Source: Octopus vulgaris | Taxonomy: Eukaryota | Reading direction: 5' to 3' | Length of the DNA: 64,000 nucleotides | Assembly: GCA_951406725.2 (NCBI GenBank) | Contig: OX597818.1 | Location: 15,934,001-15,998,000 of the forward strand | In this document: positions 40,081-53,177 of the stretch, piece after piece | Layout: every line of letters begins with the position of its first letter | How positions within the stretch are numbered: position 1 is the first letter of the stretch | Position numbers and translations under genes: made by a program | The notes under the pieces: generated by a model | What the model was told of the DNA's origin: nothing | Seen by the model: the letters and a program-made list of their open reading frames with translations, nothing else | Databases searched by the model: none

Positions 40081-40416
40081 AACCCTAGCCCTAACCCTAA
40101 CCCCTTAAAGCTAAAACCAGTACAAACACACAAACGATGTCATAAATAACAGTGACAAACAAAATATACACCGCCAATAGTTGTTGACAAACAACAGCCG
40201 TAATTTTATTCAGCTGAATACATATCATTGATTGGTTGAAATTACAGAAATACGACAACTTTAACAAAAAAATAGCTTCCAAAATACAGAATTTTCTCAA
40301 CAACACTAAGAGTAAAAGATGTTTTATGTGACACATTCTACCAGTGTCTGCAGTTTGAAAGTCTTTAGTTACAAAAAATTATTTTTTAAATCTGTAAGTC
40401 AAAATGTAAAGATCCA
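40081..40416. mobile_element. Half copy of foldback MITE beginning with CCCTAA repeats
   Basis: Aligns to the right half of 40565-41101; ends aaagatcc. Confidence 0.85.
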
Positions 40417-40564
40417 AAAAATTTTTTAAAGGGTGGTTGGGAGGGGGGCGGGCGGAACTTGCCCAGTTTTCCTTTTTATTTTTTCCGTTTTCATGTTTAT
40501 TATTTTCTTTGTTTTATTGAGGGTTGAACAATTTTTTTAGTTGGTGGAGATGACCAAAGATACC

Positions 40565-41101
40565 GATATTTTTCCTTTTGACCGACAGATTTTAAAAATA
40601 ATTTTTTGTAACTAAACACTTTCAAACTTCGGACACTAGTAGAATGTGTCATATAAAAAACATCTTTTACTCTTAGCGTTTTTGAGAAAAGCTTATATTT
40701 AGGAAGTTATTTCACGTTAAAGATGTAGTATTTCGGTAATTTCAACCAATCAATGACGTGTATTCAGCTGAATAAAATTACTGCTGTTGTTTGTCAACAA
40801 GAACTTCCGGGGGTGTATATTTCGTTTGTCACCGTTATTTATGACAACCCTAACCCTAAAACCAGTACAAACGCACGAACGATATAAATTACAGTGACAA
40901 ACGAAAAATACACTGCCTATAGTTGTTGACAAACAACAGCAGTAATTTTATTCAGCTGAATACACGTCATTGATTGGTTGAAATTACCGAAATACTACAT
41001 CTTTAACGTGAAATAACTTCCTAAATATAAGCTTTTCTCAAAAACGCTAAGAGTGGAAGATATTTTATATGACACATTCTGTCGGTCAAAAGTTAAAGAT
41101 C
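40565..41101. mobile_element. Foldback MITE with >200-bp inverted arms and central (CCCTAA)2
   Basis: cttttgaccgacaga / tctgtcggtcaaaag termini; the arms are near-perfect complements; right arm has an internal deletion. Confidence 0.9.
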
Positions 41102-42530
41102 TACCCAATTTTTTAATGGGAGTGAGATAACCAAAAAGTACCGGATTTTTTGTTTCCTAAGTACTGTAGTCGATCTGTTCGACTAAACACTTCAAGTCGG
41201 TGCCCCTCCCAAAACCGCAATCCAATGACTGAAACAAGTAAAACAGAAAAGAGTAATAAAGGAAGTATACATATAATTCAATGCGTCCATACACATGCAC
41301 GTACATATATCATTCAAGACAGCAAAAAAACTTTACGTCAAACTTCAAAATAGTGGAGTGAAACTATTCCTTCATCTGAAAACTAACAAGAAGCAGTGGA
41401 TTGCAAAATTGTGTAGGGCGTAGACAGGAAATATTAGCAATACTAATTTATATCGGAAACGATATATATATAATGAATATAATAAAAGTTGACAATTTTT
41501 TATCTTGTATTTATTTCGTAAACAAATAATACAATATTACATAAGCATTGTATAAGCATTCTATAATGTTTCTTTTCTGGAAACTCACCGCGTACTGGCA
41601 GCTGATGGCTCGCGGATCACCACTTTAAGTAGGACTGGTGAAGGGCATCTAATGAAATGCTTGCGGCTTTTATGTTCTCAATTCAAATTCCTCCAATATC
41701 AGCTTCAACTTTCCTACTTTTGGAGTTGATATAATAAAATCGAGTACCACTGATTTAACAGCGATGTAAAGACCTTTTAAAATTTTCTCCAACCATTCAA
41801 AGTGTTAACTTCCTTATAAATAAGTTCTATAGGAAAAGAAAAGCAAATGAATACGATTTTTGTCATCAGCATACAAAATTGCATCAGAAATACATTAAAA
41901 AAAATATTCTGACGAAAACTGTAAATACTTCAAGTGGCTGGGAGAATTTTAATGAGATCCTTACATCTAGCAACCTAGACGCGAATGGAATTATAATACA
42001 AAATTCACAGAACGACTAGCAGCCTCAGGAACTATATAATTTAATCCAAGCTTTGCGCTTGATTGGAATCAGACATCAATTTCAAACGTATAGGTCCCAC
42101 GAACATGGAGAAGCTCCCGAGTCAGTAAAAAAAAAATCTAAGCTTGAGATAGTCATCAAAATATTACATTAAATATTAGGGTTAGATATCTTCAGATATC
42201 TGTCGTAACTATTGTATATTTTCACTTGCCATGCAACAAGAAAAATAAAAACGTACATACAATAAGAACTAGGAAGACATAATATGTATAAACTCACTGA
42301 TTGGTTGTAACAAAATACAAAGGAGTGGGTCACCTTGTGAAAGCAATTCAAACACTTATTATTTCCATTAAATTCCAAGCCGTCTGTTGTCACACCTCCT
42401 TCACTCTCTCTGTAGCTTTATCTAAAAGATTTTTATTGAAGTATAACACGTATGTATACAATACATATATAATACAAAACCACGTTTTTTTCTCATTTTT
42501 TTTTTGTCTTTTGTATTCAATAAGTATATA

Positions 42531-42806
42531 CGGATCTTTTCGGTTTGAACGACAATTTTTTCTTCAATTTCAACCAATCACTGACGTCCATTGAGGTAAA
42601 CAACATTCTGTGCCGTATAAATATGTCCCTCGTTTAAGAAACAGATTGGGTTTATTTACATTTGTGAAGAAAAGAAGATACCCTTCCCCCACCCCTAACC
42701 TTAAAATAGATTGAAATGCAATAGATCGATACTAGGGTCATAATTATGGGTGACAATTTCATATGACACCACTAGAAAAAGCTGCCGTTCAAACCGAAAA
42801 GATCCG
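42531..42806. mobile_element. MITE with 21-bp TIRs, flanked by TATA
   Basis: cggatcttttcggtttgaacg / cgttcaaaccgaaaagatccg; internal ccctaacc. Confidence 0.9.
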
Positions 42807-42839
42807 TATATACACATACGTATTATATATGTAATGAAA

Positions 42840-43150
42840 TTTGTAATTTAAAATACAAATCCAAAACCGAAGAAAACAAACATGAGCGAAGAAAGAAAGA
42901 AAAGATATCAATTCAACACCAATTGCTTCCACTAGTCGCACACTATAAGGTTCAACAGAACTTACTGAAGCATGCCAACAATCACGCGGCATAAATCGCG
43001 GCCGATTGCTAAGGTGTTGGAACAGCCAAACTTCGTCTCTGGTATCGCTTGACACCTAGGTAAGACGAGGTGCCAGCGATGACAAGAACGTCGCCGTTAG
43101 CGGCCCAAACATCTCAAACGGAAGAAATTGTTCACTGACAAGTCCCGATA
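42840..43150 (-). promoter_or_regulatory. CpG-rich candidate promoter / first exon
   Basis: Dense CpGs in non-repeat DNA; ETS-like cggaag near 43118; perfect minus-strand donor CA|GTAAGT at 42965-42960. Confidence 0.45.
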
Positions 43151-43328
43151 CTTATACTGTGTGTGTGTGTGCGTCCCATAAACAAATTGATTTAACCACT
43201 TTAAGAGTCTGTGTAATACTGGTAAGCAATGACAGACTGAGAATGATTCATAAATAATACTTCTTATACATAACGAGAAAAGAAAGAAGAAACTAACAAG
43301 AAGGAAAACGAATACAAATACACTTAAA

Positions 43329-43716
43329 TACTCTTTACTCTCTTTTACTTGTTTCAGTCGTTTGACTGTGGCCATGCTGGAGCACCGCCTTTAGTCGAGC
43401 AAATCGACCCCAGGACTTATTCTTTGGAAGCCTAGTACTTATTCTACTGGGCTCTTTTGCCGCACCGCTAAGTTACGGGGACGTAAACACACCAGCATCA
43501 GTTGTCAAGCGATGTTGGGGGGACAAACACATGCATATATATACATATACATATATACGACAGGCTTCTTTCAGTTTCCGTCTGCCAAATCCACTCACAA
43601 GGCTTTGGTTGGCCCGAGGCTATAGTAGAAGACACTTGCCCAAAATACCACACAGTGGGACTGAACCCAGAACCATGTGGTTCGTAACCAAGCCACTTAC
43701 CACACATCCACTACTA
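43329..43716 (-). mobile_element. SINE family A, full length, CpGs retained
   Basis: Consensus-like copy. Confidence 0.95.
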
Positions 43717-43799
43717 GGCCTGTTTTCGATTTTAAATCTTTTTGTAGATTCCATTAATAATTAGTGAATTCCTGAAAATAAATTTCACCTTCAACCTTA

Positions 43800-44021
43800 T
43801 CTCTTACATGTTTCAGTCATTGGACTGCTGCTGTATTGGTGCTCTGCCTTGAATGGTTTTAGCCAAAGGGATTGACCCTAATATTTATATTTTTTAAAGT
43901 CTGGTACTTATTCTATCAGTTTCTTTTACCAAAGAGCTAACTTACGGGGATGTAAACAAACCAACACCAGTTGTCGAGTTGTGTGCTTGAGTGTGGAACA
44001 AACACAAGCACAAAGACTCTC

Positions 44022-44062
<41 letters not shown>

Positions 44063-44387
44063 AAGGCCTGTCACACAGTTTCTAGCTATCAATTTCACTC
44101 ACAAGGCTCTGGTTGGCCTGGGGCCAGGGGCGGACTGAGCCACCAGTCAATCGGGCACTGCCCAAGGGCCCAGAGATCTGGCAGGCTTGCACTCTACATA
44201 TTAACTCTACTGATATCAATGCTAAGAGGCCTAGTAAACAGTTATGCCTGAGGGCCCTTAATACTCTCAGTCTGCCCCTGCCTGGCACTATATCAGAAGA
44301 CATTTATTCCAAGATGTCGTGCAGTAGGCCTGAACCTGAAACCACATAGTTGCAAAGTGAGCTTCTTAACCACACAGCCATGCCTTG
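43800..44387 (-). mobile_element. Older SINE family A containing a hAT MITE
   Basis: The SINE sequence resumes after the MITE at ctatatcagaagac. Confidence 0.8.
44125..44280. mobile_element. hAT-type MITE
   Basis: TIRs caggggcggactgag / ctcagtctgcccctg; 8-bp flanks cctggggc / cctggcac. Confidence 0.85.
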
Positions 44388-44514
44388 ACCTTATTAACTT
44401 TTTAAAACTCATTTTAAAATGTCCTGTCTCAGACCAGCAATTTTCGCATTGAAAAAAATTATATTGTATAAATTCAGTATTATTTTTTTCAATTAATCCA
44501 AATATACATATATC

Positions 44515-44820
44515 ACCGTGATCACCGTGACCGACCAGGCTATCAGATGTTGTTACACATCGCTGGTCACAATGCGTTCGCATTGTTTTAGCCTTCGAAT
44601 GACGCCACCCCGCTGGCTAAGCGAGCAGGCCAACAGAAGAAAGAGTGAGAGAAAGAGTGGTGAAAGAGTACAGCAGGGATCACCACCCCCTGCCGGAGCC
44701 TCGTGGAGCTTTTAGATGTTTTCGCTCAATAAACACACACAACGCTCGGTCTGGGAATCGAAACCGCAATCCTACAACCGCGAGTCTGCTGCCCTAACCA
44801 CTGGGCCATTGCGCCTCCAC
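44515..44820 (-). mobile_element. SINE family B variant
   Basis: Reverse-complement head ggaggcgcaatggcccagtggttagggcagc...ggtttcgattccc. Confidence 0.9.
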
Positions 44821-45385
44821 CATATACATATATATATTGGATGGGGTGGGGTGATGATGATAGTGGCCTAATGCAGTTTCCTATATACAGATCTGCCAAA
44901 GGGCAAGCAAGTAAAGTGACAAGGATGGTGCAGTCAGCATAGGTGGCAGGGAGATGAGATGAGAAAGAGCAAGAGAGAGGGCTATTAGTGATGGATGAGG
45001 AGTGGGTTGAGCAATAGGTAGATGGAAGGTGGAGACAAGGATCTAAGGTAAGGGAGCAGCATACCCTTAATATGGTTATGAAGTAAACTTCTTAACCCTT
45101 TGTCACCAAATTTATTTTGAAATGCTCTGTGTTTCTTTCAATTAATTTTAAATATAACAAAGAATTTAGTAAAATAACTTAGTTATCATTAAGCTAATGT
45201 TAGGAACATAAATTGTGACTAAGGTTTGGTGGAAGATTTTAATTCCAAACTTATAAAAACAAGACATTTGTACTCAAAGCCAGAGCCGGTTTTAGCCAGC
45301 TCAACATCAAGAATAAGCTGGTAATGAAAACAATTTTCAAAGGCCACTAGAGTTGCTCAAGTATTTTAGATTAAGTACAAGTTTT

Positions 45386-45792
45386 ATCATCATCATCATT
45401 TAGCGTCCGCTTTCCATGCTAGCATGGGTTGGACGGTTCAACTGGGGTCTGGGAAGCCAGAAGGCTGCACCAGGCCCTGTTTGATCTAGCAATGTTTCTA
45501 TGGCTGGATGCCCTTCCTAACGCCAACCACTCCGTGAGTGTAGTGGGTGCTTTTTACGTGCCACTGGCACAGTTGCCAGACGGGGCTGGCAAACGGCCAC
45601 GGTCAGATGGTGCATTTTACGTGCCACTGGCACGGGGGCCGGGCGAGACGGATAACGGCCATGATCAGATGGTGCCTTTTATGTGCCACTGGCACAAAGG
45701 CCCGTCAGGGTGGCGCTAGCAACAGCCACGTTTGGATGGTTTGCTTATGTGCCACCGGCACTGGTATCACAGCTACAATTTCCATTGATGTT
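45386..45792 (-). mobile_element. RTE LINE 3' UTR-only insertion with four hairpin repeats
   Basis: Matches 19893-20150 and 56135-56680. Confidence 0.9.
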
Positions 45793-46422
45793 TATAATAT
45801 ATTATGTAGATATAATATTATCACCTGTCCATAACCAAAGAAAAGTTTCCATTCTAGGGCAAAAGGTTAGAGTGTTGGTTTAAATATAAAAGTAGCATTG
45901 ATAAACAGCAAACATGAATAGAACTGATAAGATTAAACAAGTATGAACTTGAGTATGAAAGTGTATACATATCTTTTTTGTGTTTGTGTGTATATATAGG
46001 TAACTGTGTGCTTAAATCTGTAAGATGATTTCTCAGATAATTATAGTAGGGTTTTAAGTGCACAGTTATCTATACACTTATATGCATACGTGCGCACACA
46101 CACACATACACACATTATTGTTTATTTACATTTCATGAAGGGTCAGGGTCATGTCCAGTAAGTTCATTGCAGAGAAAGTCCACCATACAAATTTTTTGAC
46201 ATAATTTTTCAACTTCAATTTTTCTCTAGTTTTTTTTTTTCTTATTTTCAATAAAATAGGTTTTAGCAATTAATGTTGAGATACTATGGTTATATTTTCT
46301 CGGTAAACTTTCCTCACAGTCAACTTTCTTCATGGGGAATTGATGGTGGTGAACGTCTGCTATGATGAATTGATGGCAGTGAAATTACGTGTAATCATGA
46401 AGGGTTACATCAATCTTTATAA

Positions 46423-46470
<48 letters not shown>

Positions 46471-46472
<2 letters not shown>

Positions 46473-46917
46473 CACAATAGATTAGATTGTTGGATAAGAA
46501 AAATTTCTAACATTGGGCTACAACAAGTAACCTTAGGTGCCAAGAACCCTCCTAAGTATCCTAGCTGTCCCTAACAACACTGTTTTCTGGAGCTGTACTG
46601 AACTGGGTTTTATGCCTATTTTGTCTATCCATCAGTTCAAATCTTTAAGGATAGTTCGTTGTGCACCTATAACTACTGGGATACAGTTTACCCACACTTT
46701 CCATAGTCTATGTAATTCAATGGCTAGGTCCTGATTCTGTGCTATTTTTTCTACACCTCTCATATTAATGCTTTCATCATTTGGGACTGTAAAGTCAATT
46801 ATCTGGTATTTTCTATTATCTTTATTTACTACTACTAAATCAGGCCTTCTAGCTTCTGTTACTCTGTCAGTCTGAATGTTAAAGTCCCACATCTTATATT
46901 TCTTACTTTCTAGTACT
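46471..46917 (-). mobile_element. R4/Dong-like retrotransposon 3' fragment in (TAA)n
   Basis: WDFNIQTDRVTEARRPDLVVV...IIDFTVP...EKIAQNQDLAIELHRLW...IPVVIGA (RLE domain); (TTA)n on both flanks. Confidence 0.9.
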
Positions 46918-46967
46918 TTATTATTATTATTATTATTAATATTATTATTATTATTATCATTATTATC

Positions 46968-47011
<44 letters not shown>

Positions 47012-47357
47012 CATTGTTATCATGATTATTCTGTCAGTGGAGTGTAAGAAAAAGATATACATATGTCTGTTCATCCATTTGTTTAGCGTTGACTATTGGA
47101 AAAAAGAGTATCAAGACCATAGTAGAGATTAAGAATGCATTTTATTTTTGTCAAAAGTGCCAAAATTCAAAACAAATATTTTTTATTTTGGTTGAATCAG
47201 TCACTTGCCATTCTGAGTTTCAACTGTGGATGCACAGGATCTTTAGACAAGTCTTAACATATACATCCATCTGCTCGTCCATCTGTCTGTTTGTCTGTCC
47301 AGCCATCCATTCATCTCTCACAGGCAATCAATTTAGAAAGACTGTATCTCTGAATAG

Positions 47358-47705
47358 TGAAGGCACATGGCTCAGTGGTTAAAGTGTTGGGCTTATAATC
47401 ATGAGGTAGTGAGTTCAAAACCCCAGACTGGGCTGTGTGTTGTGTTCTTGAGCAAGACACTTTATTTCACATTGCTCTAGTTTACTCAGCTGCAGCAGTG
47501 AGTTGTGATATCACTGGTGCCAAACTGTATCAGCCTTTGCCTTTCCTTTGGATAACATTAGCAGCATGAGAAGGGAGGCTGGTAAACATGGGCAACTTGT
47601 GGTCTTCCATAAACAGCCTTGCCCAGACTTGTGCCTCAGAGGGCAACTTTCTAGCTACAATCCCATGGTCATTCATGACCAAAAGGGGGTCTTTATCCTT
47701 TTACC
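47358..47705 (+). mobile_element. SINE family B (long-tail variant)
   Basis: gaaggcacatggctcagtggttaaag...ttgtgttcttgagcaagacac. Confidence 0.85.
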
Positions 47706-48800
47706 CAATCTCTGAATAAATAATGATACAGAAAAGAAGGGATTTTTTTAGTCTAGTTAGACATACATTTGTCACTCCTATCTTAAGATATGCAATGAAC
47801 CAGTGATTAGCTCATTGGAAACTTTTAAGCAACAATGCTCTTGTTCACAAGTTGAGATATAAAACAAAGAAAGAAATAGCATACCTGGAACAGGGTTCAC
47901 AACATGACTCCATCAGTCATCTAGTTGCTTGATCTGCTGTAAATAGCAGCCAAATCTCCTTTAAGTTACATCTTACTGTCTTGAAAAATGGAAAACATAG
48001 TGGGCAATATAGTCCTAGAGAGGATTATATGGCTATATGACTTGAAAGAAGAGCAGAGAAGTCATAGTTGGAATATGTTTATGATTACAGGTCAGCTTAG
48101 TCAGGGATGATCCGGAGCTAAGCAACAATAACAAAAGCAACTAAAATAAAAGCCCAGAGAAGCTTTTACACTGCAGCTCTTTGAAGACATTTGCTCACTA
48201 TTGAGTTGCATCCTTCTTCAACCTTTCGTCAACTAAGGCATAAAGGAAAGAGCCTTTATGCGAGCTAAAAAAGAATCTCTAAATGACCACTTGACCTACT
48301 AGAAATAACAATTTTCTTAAATCCCAATTTAGTATCTTAAAAATAAGGACACATTTGATAATATAATCTTAGACTTGTGATTTTCAACTTCTTTGATGTA
48401 GGGCATATTGAATAAGGCACTAAAGGTGTTAAGGCACATCTGCTTTGTAAACAATTTAAAATTTCATCTTATAAAACATGAGTATTCAAGTTCCATTGAA
48501 ATAGAGTGCATACATTGCACTTTGCTGAACAAGTATGGTGCATTAAGTTTTCTAAATATCTTGACATCTTCAAACTCACTTCAAAAGCTTGCAACACATC
48601 AACAGCCTACAAATGTAGCATGATTCAGTTATTGAAAGTATCTGGATTAGATACACTATCTCTAAATACTATGATGCATGTACCTAGCCAGGATTTTAAG
48701 TGAAGGGATTCTCAGATATTAAAATGGGACCATCATGTTGCCATTAGAGCAAGATTACAAAGGTTTTGGTCTTCTGGTCTCTGGTCTTCCCCGTCTTTAT

Positions 48801-49060
48801 GAAGGTGCATGGCTTAGTGGTTAGGGTGTTATACTCATGATCATAAGATTGTGGTTTGATTCCTGGACTGGGCAACATGTTCTTTTCTTGAGCAAAATAC
48901 TTCACTACATGCTGCTCTATTTCACTCAGCTGGTAAAAATGTGTAATCGTGTGATGGACTGGCATCCCATCCAGGCAGGGAATTTACATGCCATAAAACC
49001 AGCAAACCAGCCCATATGAGTCAACATGACTCGAGAAAGTAATTTTACCTTCACTTTACT
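48801..49060 (+). mobile_element. SINE family B
   Basis: gaaggtgcatggcttagtggttaggg head. Confidence 0.85.
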
Positions 49061-49075
49061 TCCCTATCTTACTCT

Positions 49076-49506
49076 ACAGTTGTGAGATATGGACACTATT
49101 CAGGTCCCTTAGGAAAAGCGTGAATTTCATTAGTACCACTATACTTCAGAAGATTATGGACTGTCATTGGTCACATTTTGCATCCAAACAACAACTATTC
49201 TCGGAAACTGGGATGCATCCTGGTGCATCTATGATTCAGAACCATCATTTTTGACAGGTCATTGCCTTCAATTTTCTGATTTAAATCCTGTATACCCATC
49301 TTAGAGGACATGTCCGGAGTGGTGATGGTGTGTGTTGGTTGGCCACATATGTCATAGTCACAGTGGATGAGAAAGTATCTTGTGGAGATGGGAACTGATT
49401 AGGATACTGCTTGGAGGGTTGCCAAGGATGACCCAAGCAGATACTAATAACTGTTGGATGCAGTAGTATGTTGCAATAGCACATGCCCCAGTACCTGACC
49501 TGACCA
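49076..49506 (+). mobile_element. Decayed RTE-like LINE 3' end (different family)
   Basis: SCEIWTL...LQKIMDCHWSHFASKQQLFSETG pattern; (cctga)n tail. Confidence 0.55.
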
Positions 49507-49991
49507 TCATTAGTTGTCTAATTTGCATAAAACTCAAAATTGAACTACATGTCACTCAAAAGAAAAATAACAAAAACAAACAAAACACCACATTTGCTGG
49601 GAGCTTTTGTGAGGTTTGCTTGAATCTGTCAAATCCCATCAACAGGTATAGGATGTTCATAGCTGGAACAACTTTGATCATGGGTCTGCTAAATTAGGAG
49701 TAATGTGTTTGCCTATCTGAACTTGATAACTCTATACCCTGCCCTTTAAAACCCCACTCAGTACATTGATGTTTCATTCTTTTCTGATCCCCAGTCTGCA
49801 TCATCTAGCAAGAAACCAAATTACACACTTTGCCCCCTTGGTTCTCTCACTTTTTACCTTCTGCACTACCATATTCCTATTTTGCAACAGTTCAAATTGA
49901 ATATAGCTAACTCTTAACATCAACTACTTATATGTATCAGGTCAATGAAGGCTCTGTGTCAGGGGTGGAAAAAAAACTATGGCTCACATAT

Positions 49992-50222
49992 CTTATTTCT
50001 TTATTGCCCACAAGGGGCTAAACATAGAGGGGACAAACAAAGACAGACAAAGGGATTAAGTCGATTACATTGACACCAGTGTGTAACTGGTACTTAATTT
50101 ATCGACCCCGAAAGGATGAAAGGCAAAGTCGACCTCAGCAGAATTTGAACTCAGAACATAACGGCTGACAAAATACCGCTAAGCATTTTTCCCGGCATGC
50201 TAACGTTTCTGCCAGCTCACCA
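49992..50222 (-). mobile_element. SINE family C
   Basis: Reverse-complement consensus-like copy. Confidence 0.95.
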
Positions 50223-51984
50223 ACCACATATCTAAAGTATTTTATTGGTATGCAGGTGATATAATTTTTTATCAGCGATTTTATATACAAAAAAAAAACA
50301 TATAAAGAAACAGGGTAACTTATAATTTATCAGCCATTACCTAAGAAATAAGTCTGTGTGATGAGGGGGTGAGGATCAGTGATACACTATTTTTTTTTTT
50401 AAATGGTAAGGTTGTAAGTAACAAGTGACTATCAGGTTAAGATGGCACTGTATGTAGTACTTCAGTCTCTGAGTTTACAAGTATTACCTGTGATTAGCAG
50501 CAGTGTCATAAAAGACACCACTTGGAAATCGACTCCCTATATTTGCACAAATGGTTTACAAGGGTCTTGGTTGGGGAAGGGGCACTCTGATCTAGTATTT
50601 TCTAATTTGGTTATTTTATGAAATTATTAAAAAATAGCACCTTGGTAACACCTTCAGTTTAGGAAATGTGATTAAGCAGTTTGTTTCATTACCTTGAGGT
50701 TTGAGGTTCTGTCTCACTTCATGGCACCTCCAGTAAATGCCTTCTGCCTTAGTCCCTGGCCAGTCAATGTCTTGTGAGGGATTTGCTAGATGGAAACTGT
50801 AAGAAGTCTGTTGTATACATATGTATGTATATATTAATATGTGTGTGTGTGTGTGTATGGTGGTTGTCTACTCCTTATGCAGAGTCTGACCACCTCTTTC
50901 ACCTTAGATCCATCATAGCATTTGATATGGCTTTTTAAACCAATGTATTGAAAATACACCCACATAGATTGCATATCTGATTTGGACCACCAAGAGCTGT
51001 AGTTAAGTTCTGAACTTTATGAATCTTAAAATGTCTCTAGAGGCCTCCATTAGATTTGCAGACCTAATGGCATACATGACATTGAAAGGTGTGCACAGAT
51101 ATACAGGCAGAGTAGTTGGTATGTGTATATATATATACACACACACACACACATACATAAATGCATATATGCATACACACACGCATGCACTAGCACACAT
51201 ACATACATAATATATATATGTGTGTGTGTGTATTAGATATGTATGTATGCATGTATTACATGTGTGGTTTTTGTCTAACCCATGCTAGCATGAAAAAAGA
51301 AAAAAGACAGTTCAAACGATGATGATGATTCAAAATAATGAATATTTTTTAATGTTTTTTTTATTTTATAAAACATAAAGAGAATATAATGTAGAGAGGC
51401 TTTTTAAATCAAACAATAATTTTGATGTACAAAGATAAGTAATTTAAAACTTTGAACAACCTATATTAATTACACAGTTATTTTAACTAAAGTTATGGAA
51501 TTTCTTTCAGAAAGGCATATTAGTTAAATATCTCAATTAAAAGTTGGTAGTTCTAGGTGGCAGTCACTGTAAAATTATAGACTAAAACCCCTTGATGAGA
51601 CATGCAAGAGGTGCAGTTACAACTTGACCTGGTAAAAAAAATCATATTCATATTTGGAGAAGGATACTTGATAATAACCAGAAGTAGTCACTTGATACTA
51701 GTGAACATGATCTTCAGAAGCTAGACATCTGAAAATTTCCGTGTATGAGTGAGTTTCTGATTGGTTGAAATTTGCTAAGTGAATAGTAGGAGTCAACTCA
51801 ATACTGTCGTCAGACACTTCAACATGTGATGCTTTCAATAGATAGTGCTGTGGTCACAGGTTGGCTGTGAGCACTGACACAACTGAATAACAGAACAACT
51901 TTCTCTTGTTCATTTGCTAATCTGTTGACATTCACAACAATATGTATTTTCATTTCTACTCCATATATACATCTGGGTTTCAAG

Positions 51985-52898
51985 AGCAGTACATTAGGCC
52001 AAACAAAAAACAGTCTACATAAAAGAATGGCTCTGCACGCATCCCAGATCAAAATTCCCCAAAACAGAAAAATAGCATTCAGCCAACACATAGACATTTG
52101 TGTCAATAACAAAAATCAAAGCTTCAGAATTTTTCCCCTCTACCAATTCAAGGACGATACAACCTTGAGCCAGCAAATTAGTAAAGAGTCTCTCTTTATT
52201 ACAAAATACAGACCCCTTTTGAGTGCATCTACAACAAATGACGTATCCACCACAGCCTTAGAATGACACAAATAAATACACACGCAAATATTAAAACTGA
52301 TACACTCAAGAGAATCCCAAGAAGTCATTAAAAAACAGTCCCAATCACTGCTCTTGACCATTTAACACCTTACTATTTTCATACTACCTACATTCCTTCT
52401 TATTCTTCCTTCTCTTTCTTCTTCTACTACTTTGTCTTCTTCCTAACTTTACCACTATTGCTATTTAGAATAACACCTACACAAATTTTATAAACAAAAC
52501 ATTCAAAAGAGATGTTTCGGAAATTCAACAATTACTACTACCATCCACAGCGGGTCAATTTCGGGGCAGTTGACCATTTAACATACTACTGTCATGGCAC
52601 TCTCACCTCCTTCTTCTTCTTCTTCTTCTTCTTCTTCTTCTTCTTCCCTACCAAGAATTCACAATGACCTTGAACCCACAAGAATAAACAAGAGAGACAG
52701 AGACAGGAAGAAACAAGGAAAATGCCACTTGTATTTGAACAATATGCAAATATTCTTTTAAAAAGACTTTTCTTTTAATTTTTCCAAAATTTAATTGTTT
52801 TCCATACTTACAGTTGAAAAAGTCTCAATGACTGAAACTGGTACTGAAATGATTTTTATAAAATTATTTTAGCATTTTCTATCTAGACGTTTTTGTCC

Positions 52899-52900
<2 letters not shown>
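51985..52900 (+). mobile_element. Penelope-like element 3' part: GIY-YIG endonuclease remnant plus terminal region with degenerate hammerhead (52811-52846)
   Basis: QYI/GQTKNSLHKRMALHASQI...FSQHIDIC...KESLFITKYRPLL; cag-ttgaaaa-agtc-tcaat-gact-gaaa-ctggt-a-ctg; ends at (TA)n. Confidence 0.85.
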
Positions 52901-52982
<82 letters not shown>

Positions 52983-53005
52983 TTACAATAAGTTGTATTA
53001 TTTTA

Positions 53006-53141
53006 AGCCAGTTGAGTAAATCCATCAATAACAAACCTATAATGATTACAGGAAACAGCTGTAAGCCAAATTTACTACAATAAAGATAAATATCTAATGA
53101 TGATTATTTATACTTTGTCTTATATATATATATATTTATTT

Positions 53142-53177
<36 letters not shown>

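Noticed and set aside
45546-45760. CRISPR-like array (palindromic repeats with variable spacers), also 56298-56652
   Set aside because: It lies in an RTE LINE 3' UTR, the spacers are homologous to each other, there are no cas genes and the context is eukaryotic
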